From Nitratidesulfovibrio vulgaris str. Hildenborough (GTDB taxonomy: Bacteria; Desulfobacterota; Desulfovibrionia; Desulfovibrionales; Desulfovibrionaceae): a stretch of 32,000 bases of DNA. The stretch spans positions 2,160,001-2,192,000 of the forward strand of contig NC_002937.3 in assembly GCF_000195755.1 (NCBI RefSeq). Reading direction: 5' to 3'. Made by a program: the position numbers and the translations under genes. Of this stretch, positions 1-8,494 are shown piece by piece (position 1 is the first letter of the stretch; each line of letters begins with the position of its first letter). Under the pieces are notes generated by a model, which saw only the letters and a list, made by a program, of their open reading frames with translations, was not told the origin of the DNA and did no database searches.

Positions 1-222
1 ACGTTTGTTGGCGTCATAGCGCAGGTACTGGTAGTACTCGCCGAAGCTCTTCAGGTTGAGATCCTTCAACCTGTTGGAGAGCCTGTTCTCAACGAGGTAC
101 TTGCGGTTCTCGGCGATATAGATGCCGCATTGCTGGTAGATGAAGTCGCGCAGCTGAACGAACTCCTCATCGGAGATCTTCAGTTCCGTCCTCAACGTGA
201 TGGATTTGGCAAACAGTGACAT
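1..222 (-). CDS. cheR: Chemotaxis protein methyltransferase CheR, first 74 codons only (gene runs off the left edge)
   Basis: Not on the ORF track because it is edge-truncated. The minus-strand ATG at 222..220 reads MSLFAKSITLRTELKISDEEFVQLRDFIYQQCGIYIAENRKYLVENRLSNRLKDLNLKSFGEYYQYLRYDANKR with no stop through position 1. The pattern matches the helical N-terminal domain of CheR. The start overlaps the upstream stop (TGATG). Confidence 0.75.
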   Translation of the reverse strand, partial: MSLFAKSITLRTELKISDEEFVQLRDFIYQQCGIYIAENRKYLVENRLSNRLKDLNLKSFGEYYQYLRYDANKR

Positions 223-2150
223 CACTCACCCTCGCTGTCTTGTTCGCCCAGACGAGCGACAGCATCTTCGGCAGCCTGCTGGATCTCGGGGTCTTCATGC
301 TCCATGAGCGCGAGAAGTGCCCGGAACGCCATGTTGCCGCCAATGGAACCAAGGGCTTCGATGATCTTGAGCAACACGAGGTTGCCTGCGCCATCCACCC
401 GTTCGATGAGCGGCGTCACGCATTCCTTCCGCCCCAGACGACCGAGGGCTTCGATGGCACGCACCCGGACCCAGTCATCCTCGTCATCCAGCGCCTCCAG
501 CAGGTGGCCGATGACCGATTCCTCAGGGCACGCCCCGAAAAGGTCGACGAGGGCGAGCCGCACTTCACGTACGGGGTCGTGCATGAGCGGCACGACGAGT
601 TCCAGATGCTCGGGCGTGATGGGACACGTTCCGGCAAGAGCCTCAAGCGCCACCTTGCGCACGTCAGGCACATCATCCACCAGCGCCTCACGCAGCACGT
701 CGAGGTTGCCGTCGACGTCAAGCCGCCCCATGGCATAGGTCGCCATCATGCGCTGCAACGGGTCTCCGGAATGGAAACGCTCCCTGAAGCTCGCGCAGAG
801 TGAGACATCCTGTAGCGCGATGCAGGCTTCGAGCGCGGCCTCTTTGACATCGTCGTAGGGATGGTCGAGCAGGGCGAGCATGCGTTCGCCCACGCCCGCT
901 GGCCTCGCGCGGTGTCCGAGGAAGTGCAGTGCGGCCTTGATGACATGGGCGTCTTCGGCCCGTTCGAGCAGGTCGAGGAAGAAGTCCACGTCCTCAAGGC
1001 TTGCGATGCGCGCCAGTTGCGTGGCGATGGCCCGCTGCGCGTCGCGCCCCTTGTCCCAGAATATCCGTTTCAGGGCCGGGACGATCTCGGCGGGATTCAT
1101 ATCCGCAGCCGCTTCAACCACCATGAGGATGGTGGATTCGTTCTCGTCGCTGAGGGCCTCTTCCACCGCTTCGTTGAACCCGATGCCACCGATGCAGCGA
1201 ATGGCGGCTTCGAGGCGCTCATGGTCACGGTCGGGGTCGAGTCGTGCCGCAAGCCGCAGCACGGCCACGGTCGCCTCTGCCTGCCCGAGGCTGGCAAGCC
1301 CGACCATGGCGGCGTCCTGCACTTCCTCGTCTTCGTCATCAAGTGCGGCAAGCAGGTAGGCGCCAAGACGCTGCTGTTCCCTTTCGCCCAGAAGCGAGAG
1401 CGACTTCTTGCCGAGGATGGAGACGATGGCCCGCACGATCTTGTTCCGCAGCGGCGTCGGTGACTTCTCGATACGCTTGAGCAGAAGCGGCACGGCCTTG
1501 AGGTTGCCCATCTCGCCGAGCGCGTCGACGATCATGGACGCCACGAGGTCGGATGTGGTGTCGAGGGCCTTCACGAGGGCGTTGACCGAAGATTCTGCGC
1601 GAATCTTGATGAGGGCCTCGATGACGGAGAACTGCACCCATTCCTCGTCCTGCATGGCCTTGTTGAGGCAGTCGGCCGCCTCGGGGAAGGCCAGCGTGCC
1701 AAGGCTCACCGCCGCCTGATAGCGTACGTTCACCTCGGGGTCGCGCAGGAGCGCCTCGCACAGTGCGGGCACGGCGAGGATACTGCCGGAGGTGCCGAGG
1801 ATGTCAGAGGCGAAGATGCGGATGTCCGGGTCTTCGTCATGAAGCAATTGCTTGAGCGCATCGAACTCGTCACGCCCGATGTCACGCAGGATATCCATGG
1901 ATATGTTGCGGATGGGCGCATCGTCCGAGCGCAGAAGGGGTATGACCCCCGCCACGGCAGCCGCGCCGCCGATCTTGCGAAGGGCGTTGTCCACAGCTTC
2001 TTGCACCCCGATGTTCTGACTTTGCAAATGGCGCACAAGATGGGGGACGGCTGCCTCCAGGCGCAGTTCTCCTGCCGAGTAGGCCGCCTCGCGGACCTGC
2101 TCGGCGTCGTCGCTCTGCAAGACCTCTAGGATATGCTGTTCTTCCGACAT
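222..2150 (-). CDS. HEAT-repeat (PBS-lyase-like) protein, 642 aa, embedded in the chemotaxis operon
   Basis: ORF track 222..2150, ATG at 2150. Helical repeats of about 31 aa with a D-x-x-V/I-R ... A-L-G-x-L/I-G signature recur along the whole length (DDAPIRNISMDILRDIG, DPEVNVRYQAAVSLGTL, DDWVRVRAIEALGRLG, DPEIQQAAEDAVARLG). The stop TGA at 224..222 overlaps the cheR ATG. Confidence 0.85.
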   Translation of the reverse strand: MSEEQHILEVLQSDDAEQVREAAYSAGELRLEAAVPHLVRHLQSQNIGVQEAVDNALRKIGGAAAVAGVIPLLRSDDAPIRNISMDILRDIGRDEFDALKQLLHDEDPDIRIFASDILGTSGSILAVPALCEALLRDPEVNVRYQAAVSLGTLAFPEAADCLNKAMQDEEWVQFSVIEALIKIRAESSVNALVKALDTTSDLVASMIVDALGEMGNLKAVPLLLKRIEKSPTPLRNKIVRAIVSILGKKSLSLLGEREQQRLGAYLLAALDDEDEEVQDAAMVGLASLGQAEATVAVLRLAARLDPDRDHERLEAAIRCIGGIGFNEAVEEALSDENESTILMVVEAAADMNPAEIVPALKRIFWDKGRDAQRAIATQLARIASLEDVDFFLDLLERAEDAHVIKAALHFLGHRARPAGVGERMLALLDHPYDDVKEAALEACIALQDVSLCASFRERFHSGDPLQRMMATYAMGRLDVDGNLDVLREALVDDVPDVRKVALEALAGTCPITPEHLELVVPLMHDPVREVRLALVDLFGACPEESVIGHLLEALDDEDDWVRVRAIEALGRLGRKECVTPLIERVDGAGNLVLLKIIEALGSIGGNMAFRALLALMEHEDPEIQQAAEDAVARLGEQDSEGE

Positions 2151-2208
2151 ATGGCCTTCCTTGCTGTTTGAAGCCCCCCGCCACCCCCCTTTGCAGCGGG
2201 AGACGGCA

Positions 2209-3312
2209 CTACTTGTACAACCCGTTCATTATGGCAGCAGCCATATCGTCTATGTCAACGATTTCATCTGCGAGACCGGCATCGACGATGGCCTTGGGCA
2301 TGCCGTACACCACACAGGTGGCGTCACTCTGGGCGATGGAACGCCCCCCCTTCTGCTTGAGAACCTTCATGCCTTCCATGCCGTCACTCCCCATACCGGT
2401 GAGAATAACGCCAAGGGCCCGCCGCCCCATCGACTGCCCGACCGACTCCATCAGCACGTTGGCAGATGGCTTGTAGAGGGCATCGGCAGGGTCGGTAGTC
2501 ACCACCACCTCCATGTGGCTCACGCGCTGTTCGACTCGCAGGTGTTTGCCGCCGGGTGCGATGTAGGCCGTGCCGGGTTTGAGCTTCTCACCCGATTCAG
2601 CCTCCTTGACGGAGATGGCGCACACTCCGTCAAGTCTTTTGGCGAACGGCCCGGTGAAGGCGGCTGGCATATGCTGCGCAATGAGGATGCTCGCCGGGAA
2701 ATCGGCGGGCAGTTGTGAAAGGACCTTCTGCACCGCTGGCGGCCCGCCCGTGGAGACACCGATGGCGACCACATCGCGCACGGGGCGTGAAGCACGGGTG
2801 GCAGGCATGGCGGGGCGTGAAGGGGCGGTCGCGGGTGCTGCCGATGCGACCTGTGCGGTCTGGGCCGGTGCGGACGCTGTCGGCGCAGGGCGCACGGGGC
2901 GCGGAGTGCGCAACATGCGCCGCTTCGAGACCTCTTTGACCTTCTCGCGCAGGTCGTTCTCGATACGCACGATATCGAGCGACACCTTTGAAAGCTGCTT
3001 GGGGATGAAGTCCACCGCACCCAGTTCAAGCGCCTTGAGGGTGGCTTCTGCGCCCTCGGTGGTAAGCGAACTCACCATCAGTACGGGGCGTGGCATCTCC
3101 ATCATGATATGCCGCAACGTGGTGAGCCCATCCATACGGGGCATTTCGATGTCCAGCGTCACCACATCGGGATTATGCTGGCGGATGACCTGAAGGCCCT
3201 CTTCACCATCGCGTGCCGTGGCAACGACGCGTATCTCAGGGTCCTTTTCGAGCATCGTGCTCAAAGCCTTCCGCATGAAGGCCGAATCGTCGACAACAAC
3301 AACGCTGATCAC
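2209..3312 (-). CDS. cheB: Chemotaxis response regulator protein-glutamate methylesterase CheB
   Basis: ORF track 2209..3462. Receiver domain (VVVVDDSAFMRKAL ... DVVTLDIEMPRMDG), a long P/A-rich linker, and a methylesterase domain (VAIGVSTGGP, AQHMP, GMGSDG). I trimmed the start to GTG 3312 (residue 51 of the track ORF). AAGGAG at 3324..3319 lies 6 nt upstream, and the resulting N-terminus has the usual spacing before the DD motif. ATG 3366 is the alternative start. Confidence 0.9.
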   Translation of the reverse strand: MISVVVVDDSAFMRKALSTMLEKDPEIRVVATARDGEEGLQVIRQHNPDVVTLDIEMPRMDGLTTLRHIMMEMPRPVLMVSSLTTEGAEATLKALELGAVDFIPKQLSKVSLDIVRIENDLREKVKEVSKRRMLRTPRPVRPAPTASAPAQTAQVASAAPATAPSRPAMPATRASRPVRDVVAIGVSTGGPPAVQKVLSQLPADFPASILIAQHMPAAFTGPFAKRLDGVCAISVKEAESGEKLKPGTAYIAPGGKHLRVEQRVSHMEVVVTTDPADALYKPSANVLMESVGQSMGRRALGVILTGMGSDGMEGMKVLKQKGGRSIAQSDATCVVYGMPKAIVDAGLADEIVDIDDMAAAIMNGLYK

Positions 3313-3409
3313 GTGATTCTCCTTGAGAAGACGACGACAGGCGGGATACCCGTGCCCATCGGACATGCTCTTGATGCCGGCAGCGTCAACGACCTGCCGA
3401 CTCTTGAAT

Positions 3410-3439
3410 ATCATAAAGAGAAAACACCATCTTTGACAA
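3410..3439 (-). promoter_or_regulatory. Candidate sigma-70 promoter for cheB-HEAT-cheR
   Basis: On the minus strand, TTGTCA (3439..3434), an 18-nt spacer, then TATGAT (3415..3410), inside an unusually AT-rich patch. If used, it excludes the track ATG at 3462 from the transcript. Motif match only. Confidence 0.3.
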
Positions 3440-3455
3440 CTCCCGATAAAAAGAC

Positions 3456-3484
3456 TTGCCATTGTCGCAAGCGCGTTGTATTCA
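3456..3484 (+). promoter_or_regulatory. Candidate sigma-70 promoter for tRNA-Pro
   Basis: TTGCCA 3456..3461, a 17-nt spacer, then TATTCA 3479..3484. An A-rich tract (gataaaaagac) lies immediately upstream and a GC-rich discriminator downstream. The -10 element ends 12 nt before the tRNA 5' end. Confidence 0.4.
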
Positions 3485-3496
3485 CGCTCTCCGCAA

Positions 3497-3574
3497 CGGG
3501 ATGTGGCTCAGTTTGGCTAGAGCGCAGCGTTCGGGACGCTGAGGCCGGAGGTTCGAATCCTCTCATCCCGACCA
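3497..3574 (+). tRNA. tRNA-Pro (anticodon CGG), CCA encoded
   Basis: Hand-folded cloverleaf, 78 nt. Acceptor stem CGGGATG/CATCCCG. D arm GCTC-AGTTTGGCTA-GAGC. Anticodon arm CAGCG-TTCGGGA-CGCTG, giving anticodon CGG. Variable loop AGGCC. T arm GGAGG-TTCGAAT-CCTCT. Discriminator A, then CCA. Confidence 0.9.
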
Positions 3575-3580
3575 GAACAT

Positions 3581-3616
3581 AAGAGGTCTACGAAATTTCG
3601 TAGACCTCTTTCGTTT
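3581..3616. terminator. Bidirectional intrinsic terminator between tRNA-Pro (+) and the histidine kinase (-)
   Basis: Perfect 30-nt palindrome AAGAGGTCTACGAAATTTCGTAGACCTCTT at 3581..3610 (about 13-bp stem, AATT loop), followed by TCGTTT. It lies 7 nt after the tRNA 3' end and 39 nt after the kinase stop codon. Confidence 0.65.
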
Positions 3617-3648
3617 GGTGCACCCGAGGAAAATCCGCACATACGGCG

Positions 3649-6108
3649 TCATACCGGCTCACAACCGACTTCGGCTGGCGTGTCGCGACAGGGGTCTGAC
3701 AAGGGCAGCCGGATGCGGAAGCACGCCCCCTCTCCCGGTGCGCTTGTGCACTCGATGGTCCCCCCGAGGGTTCTTGTCACCGTGTTGTAGACGAGATGCA
3801 GACCCAGACCGGTGGCCCCCGCCTGCCGCCGGGTGGTGAAGAACGGCTCGAAGATGTGCGAAAGCACGTCGGTCCCCATGCCCACTCCGTCATCGGAGAA
3901 CGTCAATTCCACGCCCCCTTCCGGACAGGATACCTTGAGCTGCATCCGCCCTGCCCCCCCGGTGGGGAACGCATGGTCAAGGCTGTTGCGCACGAGGTGT
4001 CCCACCACCTGCGCCAGCGCTGGCGGCGCCACATGCATCTGCACCCCGCAGGCATCGCATTCATAATCAAGCCTGTGTCCGGCCTGTTCGCAGATAGGCC
4101 TCAGCCCGCCGAGGATGTCGTCGATGAACGGGCACAATTCAATGGTACGGGCGTTGGTTCCGGCCTCATCCACCGCCAGTTGCTTGAAGGCGCGCACAAG
4201 TTCTGCCGTGCGCCCGAGATTTGCGACAAGGGTCTGCGACGCCTCTTCTGCACGCGACATGAAGTCGAGAAGTTCCGAACGCCGTATGCTGCCGCCTTCC
4301 ACCTCGCTGCGAAGACCGCGCACCTTGTCGGCGAGGAACGATGCGCTGGTGATGCAAACCCCCACCGGGGTGTTCATCTCATGCGCCACCCCCGCCACAA
4401 GCCCCCCCAGTGCCGCGAACTTTTCCTGTTCCACAATGCGCGCCTGCATCGCACGCAGTTCGTCCATCGACTTCTGCAAGGCATCGTTGGCCCTTGCCAG
4501 TTCAGCAGTGCGTTCGCTCACCCGGGCTTCGAGACTGACGTTCATGGCCTGCAGTGCCAACTCGGCCTCCTTGCGGGCAGTCGTGTCGGCCATGATGCCT
4601 TCGATTATCGTCGTCCCATCCTCTTCATCGACCACAAGCCGGGACGAGATGCTCACCCACACGTCCTCCCCGGTACGAGCGGCCATCCGGGCCTCGAAAT
4701 CACGCACCACTCCGTACTGCATCAGCCTTGCGACATAACGCTCACGCCAACCAGCATCACGGTACAACACATGCGCCCCGGCATCCGTGACGCGAATGAG
4801 GTCTTCCACCGAATCGTAACGGAGGATGCGTGCCATGGCAGGGTTGACCATCAGGATTCGGCCTTCAAGTGTCACCCTGAAGATGCCTTCTCCTGCGTTC
4901 TCGAATATGCCGCGAAGCCGCGCCTCGCTCACACGCAAGGCGGCTTCTGCCCTTTTGCGGGCCACGACATTGACCAGCAGCGAGACGGTGAAGCCCGAAA
5001 GCAGGACAAAGGCCCCTACGACGGTATGCACCAGCGGCCGATTCTGTTCATAGAACCCCACAGGACGGTTCACGACGATGCTGTCTTTCGGCAACCTGTC
5101 CGGCCGGATACCGAAACGCTGCAACTGCCTGTAGTCGAACATGAACTTGTTGGGGCTTCGGCTTATGAGAGGCAGCCCCGTCGTCCCTCCCCGCTTCAGC
5201 ACTTCCAGCACCAACTCTGCTGCGGTTTTTCCCTGCGCCTCTCCACTGGTGAGAACACCTCCCACGATTCCATCGCCCAGATAGAAGTCCCATGCACCAT
5301 AGACCGGTGACCGGCTGGCTTCCGACAGCAGCCGGGGGACTTCGTCGTATTCATAGAATCGCCCTGCGTCATCACGGTTGAAGATGGTGAGAAAGATGAG
5401 CGTATCCGCCCCAGTGGTACGGGCGACATCCAGCACCGCCCCAAGGGAGGAGGTCGGCGAGAAATGCAGCGACACACCGGGGGGAAGAGAACGACGCACG
5501 CCTTCAAGGCGTTCCCGTACGAGGCGTCCCGTGGAGGTGTCGTCCACCACCACAAGAATCTGCCGCACCCCCGGATGCAGACGCAAGGCGAGGGCAAGTC
5601 CCCCTTCGTAGTCCACCGTCTCCGTCACCCCGACCACTCCGCTTTCGCCCCTGAGACGGTCTGGCGTGATGTCGTTGGTGCCGCAGAAGACCACAGGCGC
5701 GTCTCCGAAAAGCCCACGGTGGCGCAACACGAAATCGAAGGCGGGGTCGTCGGATGCCGCGACGACGGAAAGCCGTAATCCTGTATACTTGCGGCGCAGC
5801 AGGTCTGCGTACTGGTCAAGGTAGTCCGGCGATTCGATACGCTTGGCGTCCATGTATTCCACATGGATTTCCACAGGCGATGCGGAGGCTAGCGTACCGC
5901 GCACGGCCTGCACGACTTCGTCGGTCCAGCGGAATCCCTGATGATACGAATTCAGGAGCAGCACATGGGGGCGCGCCTGCACTTGCGCCAGTGCCACCGC
6001 CGCGACGAAGCACAGCATGATGGTCCATGCCAGCACAAGACTCCGCAGGACAGATATCCGGAATGGTGACACCAACCATGACATTACAGGCTTCCACATG
6101 CCTGACAT
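3649..6108 (-). CDS. Sensor histidine kinase: N-terminal anchor, periplasmic solute-binding-like domain, TM2, PAS, HisKA, HATPase; no adjacent response regulator
   Basis: ORF track 3649..6261. Periplasmic domain with LLLNSYHQGFRWTD. Second TM helix VVGAFVLLSGFTVSLLVNVV. PAS region. H-box GVAHEMNTPVG. ATPase motifs DDGVGM and GATGLGLHLV. The start is uncertain. I use ATG 6108 (alternatives 6099 and 6084), because the codons between 6261 and 6110 are atypically A/T-ending and the hydrophobic anchor SLVLAWTIMLCFVAAVALA follows directly. Confidence 0.85.
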   Translation of the reverse strand: MSGMWKPVMSWLVSPFRISVLRSLVLAWTIMLCFVAAVALAQVQARPHVLLLNSYHQGFRWTDEVVQAVRGTLASASPVEIHVEYMDAKRIESPDYLDQYADLLRRKYTGLRLSVVAASDDPAFDFVLRHRGLFGDAPVVFCGTNDITPDRLRGESGVVGVTETVDYEGGLALALRLHPGVRQILVVVDDTSTGRLVRERLEGVRRSLPPGVSLHFSPTSSLGAVLDVARTTGADTLIFLTIFNRDDAGRFYEYDEVPRLLSEASRSPVYGAWDFYLGDGIVGGVLTSGEAQGKTAAELVLEVLKRGGTTGLPLISRSPNKFMFDYRQLQRFGIRPDRLPKDSIVVNRPVGFYEQNRPLVHTVVGAFVLLSGFTVSLLVNVVARKRAEAALRVSEARLRGIFENAGEGIFRVTLEGRILMVNPAMARILRYDSVEDLIRVTDAGAHVLYRDAGWRERYVARLMQYGVVRDFEARMAARTGEDVWVSISSRLVVDEEDGTTIIEGIMADTTARKEAELALQAMNVSLEARVSERTAELARANDALQKSMDELRAMQARIVEQEKFAALGGLVAGVAHEMNTPVGVCITSASFLADKVRGLRSEVEGGSIRRSELLDFMSRAEEASQTLVANLGRTAELVRAFKQLAVDEAGTNARTIELCPFIDDILGGLRPICEQAGHRLDYECDACGVQMHVAPPALAQVVGHLVRNSLDHAFPTGGAGRMQLKVSCPEGGVELTFSDDGVGMGTDVLSHIFEPFFTTRRQAGATGLGLHLVYNTVTRTLGGTIECTSAPGEGACFRIRLPLSDPCRDTPAEVGCEPV

Positions 6109-6368
6109 GTACCATGAAGTTCGAAGCAAAACCGTTATAATGCCAATCATGCCGGAAGAAACGCATGATTCTGGAGCACCCGGACGATTCGAGGTGCTTC
6201 CCACCGCATACGGAGACAGGGTCAGGTCATATTGCGTGAGGGGGGCGGAGATGGGGGACAAGGAGTGAAGCTGAAGCCATCAAGGGTCGGCCGTGACCGG
6301 CAAACGGCCCACTCCCCCTCCGGGGTTGCGTTCAGAGGCGGTTTCGGTAGTCTACGGCAGGAGGCGTC

Positions 6369-6506
6369 ATGAAACACATATGTTCCCCCCGCGCACGATT
6401 GCATGTGCTGATACTCGTCCTTGTTCTTGCGCTTCTGGCTGGCGGTTGCATCGTCAAGGCGAAAGGACAGCACGAGGTCGGCGTGGAGAAGGTCTCTCGC
6501 AGCTAG
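6369..6506 (+). CDS. Small putative lipoprotein, 45 aa (below the ORF-track cutoff)
   Basis: AGGAGG at 6359..6364 lies 4 nt before ATG 6369. The translation is MKHICSPRARLHVLILVLVLALLAGGCIVKAKGQHEVGVEKVSRS, with TAG at 6504..6506. This is a textbook n-region plus h-region, with a lipobox-like LAGGC. The predicted mature peptide is 19 aa. Support rests on the SD and signal-peptide grammar only. Confidence 0.45.
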   Translation: MKHICSPRARLHVLILVLVLALLAGGCIVKAKGQHEVGVEKVSRS

Positions 6507-6575
6507 CCCGCCGTGCCCCTGTGCACGCCCCGCCGCCACCGCTTCCGCGTCACGTCATTCAGGAGCATCGAGGTC

Positions 6576-6914
6576 ATGGAAGAATCCGTTTGCGAAGAGA
6601 TACCCGAGGCCATACGCATCAACGAGGCACAACTCATCCTCGCCGAGAAGCGCACCTCGCTCGCTGTTCTGCGAACCGGTATAGCCGTGTGCGCGCTTCC
6701 CCTGTCGCTGACGACATTCCTCATCGCCACGTCCCGCTACTGGCAGACGAGTGACGTGTTACACCTGCTTCTTCCGCTCAGCATACTCAACATCGGCGTA
6801 TTCGCCTTCGGAGCCTATCTCGCGATACGGGCGATGAAGCGTATCCGCCACGAAGATGCCGTACTGGCCGAACTCAAGGCCGCGCATCCGGCCCTTTCCC
6901 GTTTCATCGGGTAG
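6576..6914 (+). CDS. DUF202 (YidH-like) small membrane protein, 112 aa
   Basis: ORF track 6513..6914, trimmed to ATG 6576 (AGGAG at 6561..6565). The sequence NEAQLILAEKRTSLAVLRTGIAV matches the DUF202 signature (E-R-T-x-L-A-x-x-R-T) and is followed by two hydrophobic helices. Confidence 0.6.
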   Translation: MEESVCEEIPEAIRINEAQLILAEKRTSLAVLRTGIAVCALPLSLTTFLIATSRYWQTSDVLHLLLPLSILNIGVFAFGAYLAIRAMKRIRHEDAVLAELKAAHPALSRFIG

Positions 6915-7349
6915 GCGCCACATCCCCTGCCCTTTCGGGAGGCGCCACGACGATGTCGCCATCACGCCTCCGGGTGTGCGGTGAGGTATCGGCAACGTGT
7001 TGCACAGGATGGGCACGCACACCTTTCCCCTGCCCGCCGCCCTGCATGGACGCAAGGCTCACCACCCCATGCGTCGCAGCGCCCTGCGGTCAGTATCATG
7101 ACCGCACAAACTCGCAGTCCGTCATAACCTCTGCCTGCAGGGCTGAACGTCTCCTCTCCGGATGCAGTTCATGCCATGCCCGTCTTGCGTGGTGAAGACG
7201 CCTCTTCCTTGTCGTCTCCTGCCATCCGAATTCTCCCCTCTCCTTCGCAATGCGTCCCGAAGCCCACGCCAGACTCCGCGATCATAAAAAATAACATCTG
7301 CATTTTCAGGCAGTAAAAAACAAATTTCATCTTTTTCTCGTGCGAGCCC

Positions 7350-7376
7350 TAAAGTCCCTACACCAGCCGCCGATAC
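7350..7376 (+). promoter_or_regulatory. Sigma-28 (FliA) class promoter for flagellin
   Basis: TAAAG at 7350..7354, then GCCGATAC at 7369..7376, with exactly 15 nt between TAAA and GCCGATA. The consensus is TAAA-N15-GCCGATAA. An AT-rich tract at 7283..7340 lies upstream. It sits about 105 nt before the flagellin ATG. Confidence 0.7.
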
Positions 7377-7480
7377 GACAAGCGAGTGGGGATGGGAGAA
7401 CGTATGGTCGGAAGGGTCGGAGGAACCCAAGGCCGCTCCCGAAGGCAAGGAAGTCGTGACGTCTTCAAGGAGGAAACGTC

Positions 7481-8374
7481 ATGTCACTCGTGATCAATCA
7501 CAACCTCATGGCCCAGAACGCGTCGCGCAACCTCGGCGACTCGTACACCAAGCTGAGCACCTCGGTCCGCAGGCTGTCATCGGGCCTGCGCGTCGGCAAC
7601 GCAGCCGACGACGCCGCCGGCCTTGCGGTACGCGAACTCATGCGTGCCGACATCGCAGCCCTCAGCCAGGGTGTGCGGAACGCCAACGACGCCATCTCGA
7701 TGATCCAGACCGCCGACGGGGCGCTGGGCGTCATCGACGAGAAGCTCATCCGCATGAAGGAGCTTGCGGAACAGGCTGCCACGGGTACGTACACTTCTGA
7801 CCAGCGGCTCATCATCGACTCGGAATACCAGGCCATGGCCTCGGAAATCACCCGAATCGCCAAGATGACCGACTTCAACGGCGTGTACCTGCTCAACGGC
7901 AACCTGTCGGGAGATACCCACAGCGGCTCTGGCCTGCAGTCCACCGGCAAGATGAAGGTGCACTTCGGCACCGCCAACGACTCGTCCGAGGACTACTACT
8001 ACGTGCAGATCAACGCAGCCACCTCGTCGGCTCTCGGCGTAGGCACCGAAGCGGGTTCCACCGCGAAGGCGTACTCGATCTCCACGCAGTCTGCGGCACA
8101 GGCAGCCCTTGAAGGTCTGACCAACGCCATCGTGTCCAAGGACAAGATCCGCGCCTCCCTCGGCGCACTCCAGAACAGGCTGGAGAACACCATCAGCAAC
8201 CTGCAGATACAGGCCGAGAACCTTCAGGCGGCGGAATCACGTATTTCTGACGTGGACGTTTCCATGGAGATGACCGAATTTGTGCGCCAGCAGATTCTGT
8301 CACAGTCCGCGGTCGCCATGCTCTCGCAGGCCAACTCGCTTCCCCGGCTCGCCCTCAATCTGTTGGGGGGGTAG
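7481..8374 (+). CDS. fliC: Flagellin (short form, 297 aa)
   Basis: ORF track. The N-terminus MSLVINHNLMAQNASRNLGDSYTKLSTSVRRLSSGLRVGNAADDAAGLAV and the C-terminus LQAAESRISDVDVSMEMTEFVRQQILSQSAVAMLSQANSLPRLALNLL are canonical flagellin D0/D1 segments. SD AAGGAGG at 7467..7473. Confidence 0.95.
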   Translation: MSLVINHNLMAQNASRNLGDSYTKLSTSVRRLSSGLRVGNAADDAAGLAVRELMRADIAALSQGVRNANDAISMIQTADGALGVIDEKLIRMKELAEQAATGTYTSDQRLIIDSEYQAMASEITRIAKMTDFNGVYLLNGNLSGDTHSGSGLQSTGKMKVHFGTANDSSEDYYYVQINAATSSALGVGTEAGSTAKAYSISTQSAAQAALEGLTNAIVSKDKIRASLGALQNRLENTISNLQIQAENLQAAESRISDVDVSMEMTEFVRQQILSQSAVAMLSQANSLPRLALNLLGG

Positions 8375-8494
8375 CGGCCGCTGGCAGCACCAGCGGAAGC
8401 AGGTGAATTAACAACCAGGCTTCCATCGACGCCCGGAGACAAGCCCCGACGACCTTTCAGGGAAAGACCATACCGCTCCACTCAAGCGCCAGCA

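Noticed and set aside
3433-3438. Perfect TTGACA -35 hexamer on the plus strand upstream of the tRNA.
   Set aside because: No acceptable -10 element lies 16-19 nt downstream; the sequence there is TTGCCA, which is itself the better -35 for the tRNA promoter. The hexamer overlaps the minus-strand TTGTCA that I assign to the cheB promoter candidate.
3313-3462. N-terminal 50 codons of the track ORF for cheB (MASLFIGSCQRWCFLFMIFK...).
   Set aside because: This is an AT-rich promoter-like region with atypical codons. A strong AAGGAG-N6-GTG at 3312 gives a canonical CheB N-terminus. The extension would also cover the divergent promoter region next to the tRNA.
3796-5310. 504-aa ORF antisense to the histidine kinase. 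Similar long antisense ORFs lie at 9314..10747 (opposite rel), 11447..12469 (opposite the SBP), 12915..13931 and 14085..15017 (opposite SNF2), 22468..23823 (opposite thiH/thiG) and 26263..27093 (opposite cooS).
   Set aside because: These are typical shadow ORFs of a GC-rich genome. They are R/H/G/P-rich and low-complexity, with no recognisable domains and no SD. Each lies opposite a gene with unambiguous family motifs.
7122-7448. 108-aa minus-strand ORF upstream of flagellin. Also an 18-codon mini-ORF at 7169..7225 (minus) preceded by GAAGGAGAGGGGAG.
   Set aside because: The 108-aa ORF runs across the sigma-28 promoter and the AT-rich tract, with no SD and an odd composition. The mini-ORF has an SD-like purine run, but I have no other support for it. 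It is too short to call from sequence alone.
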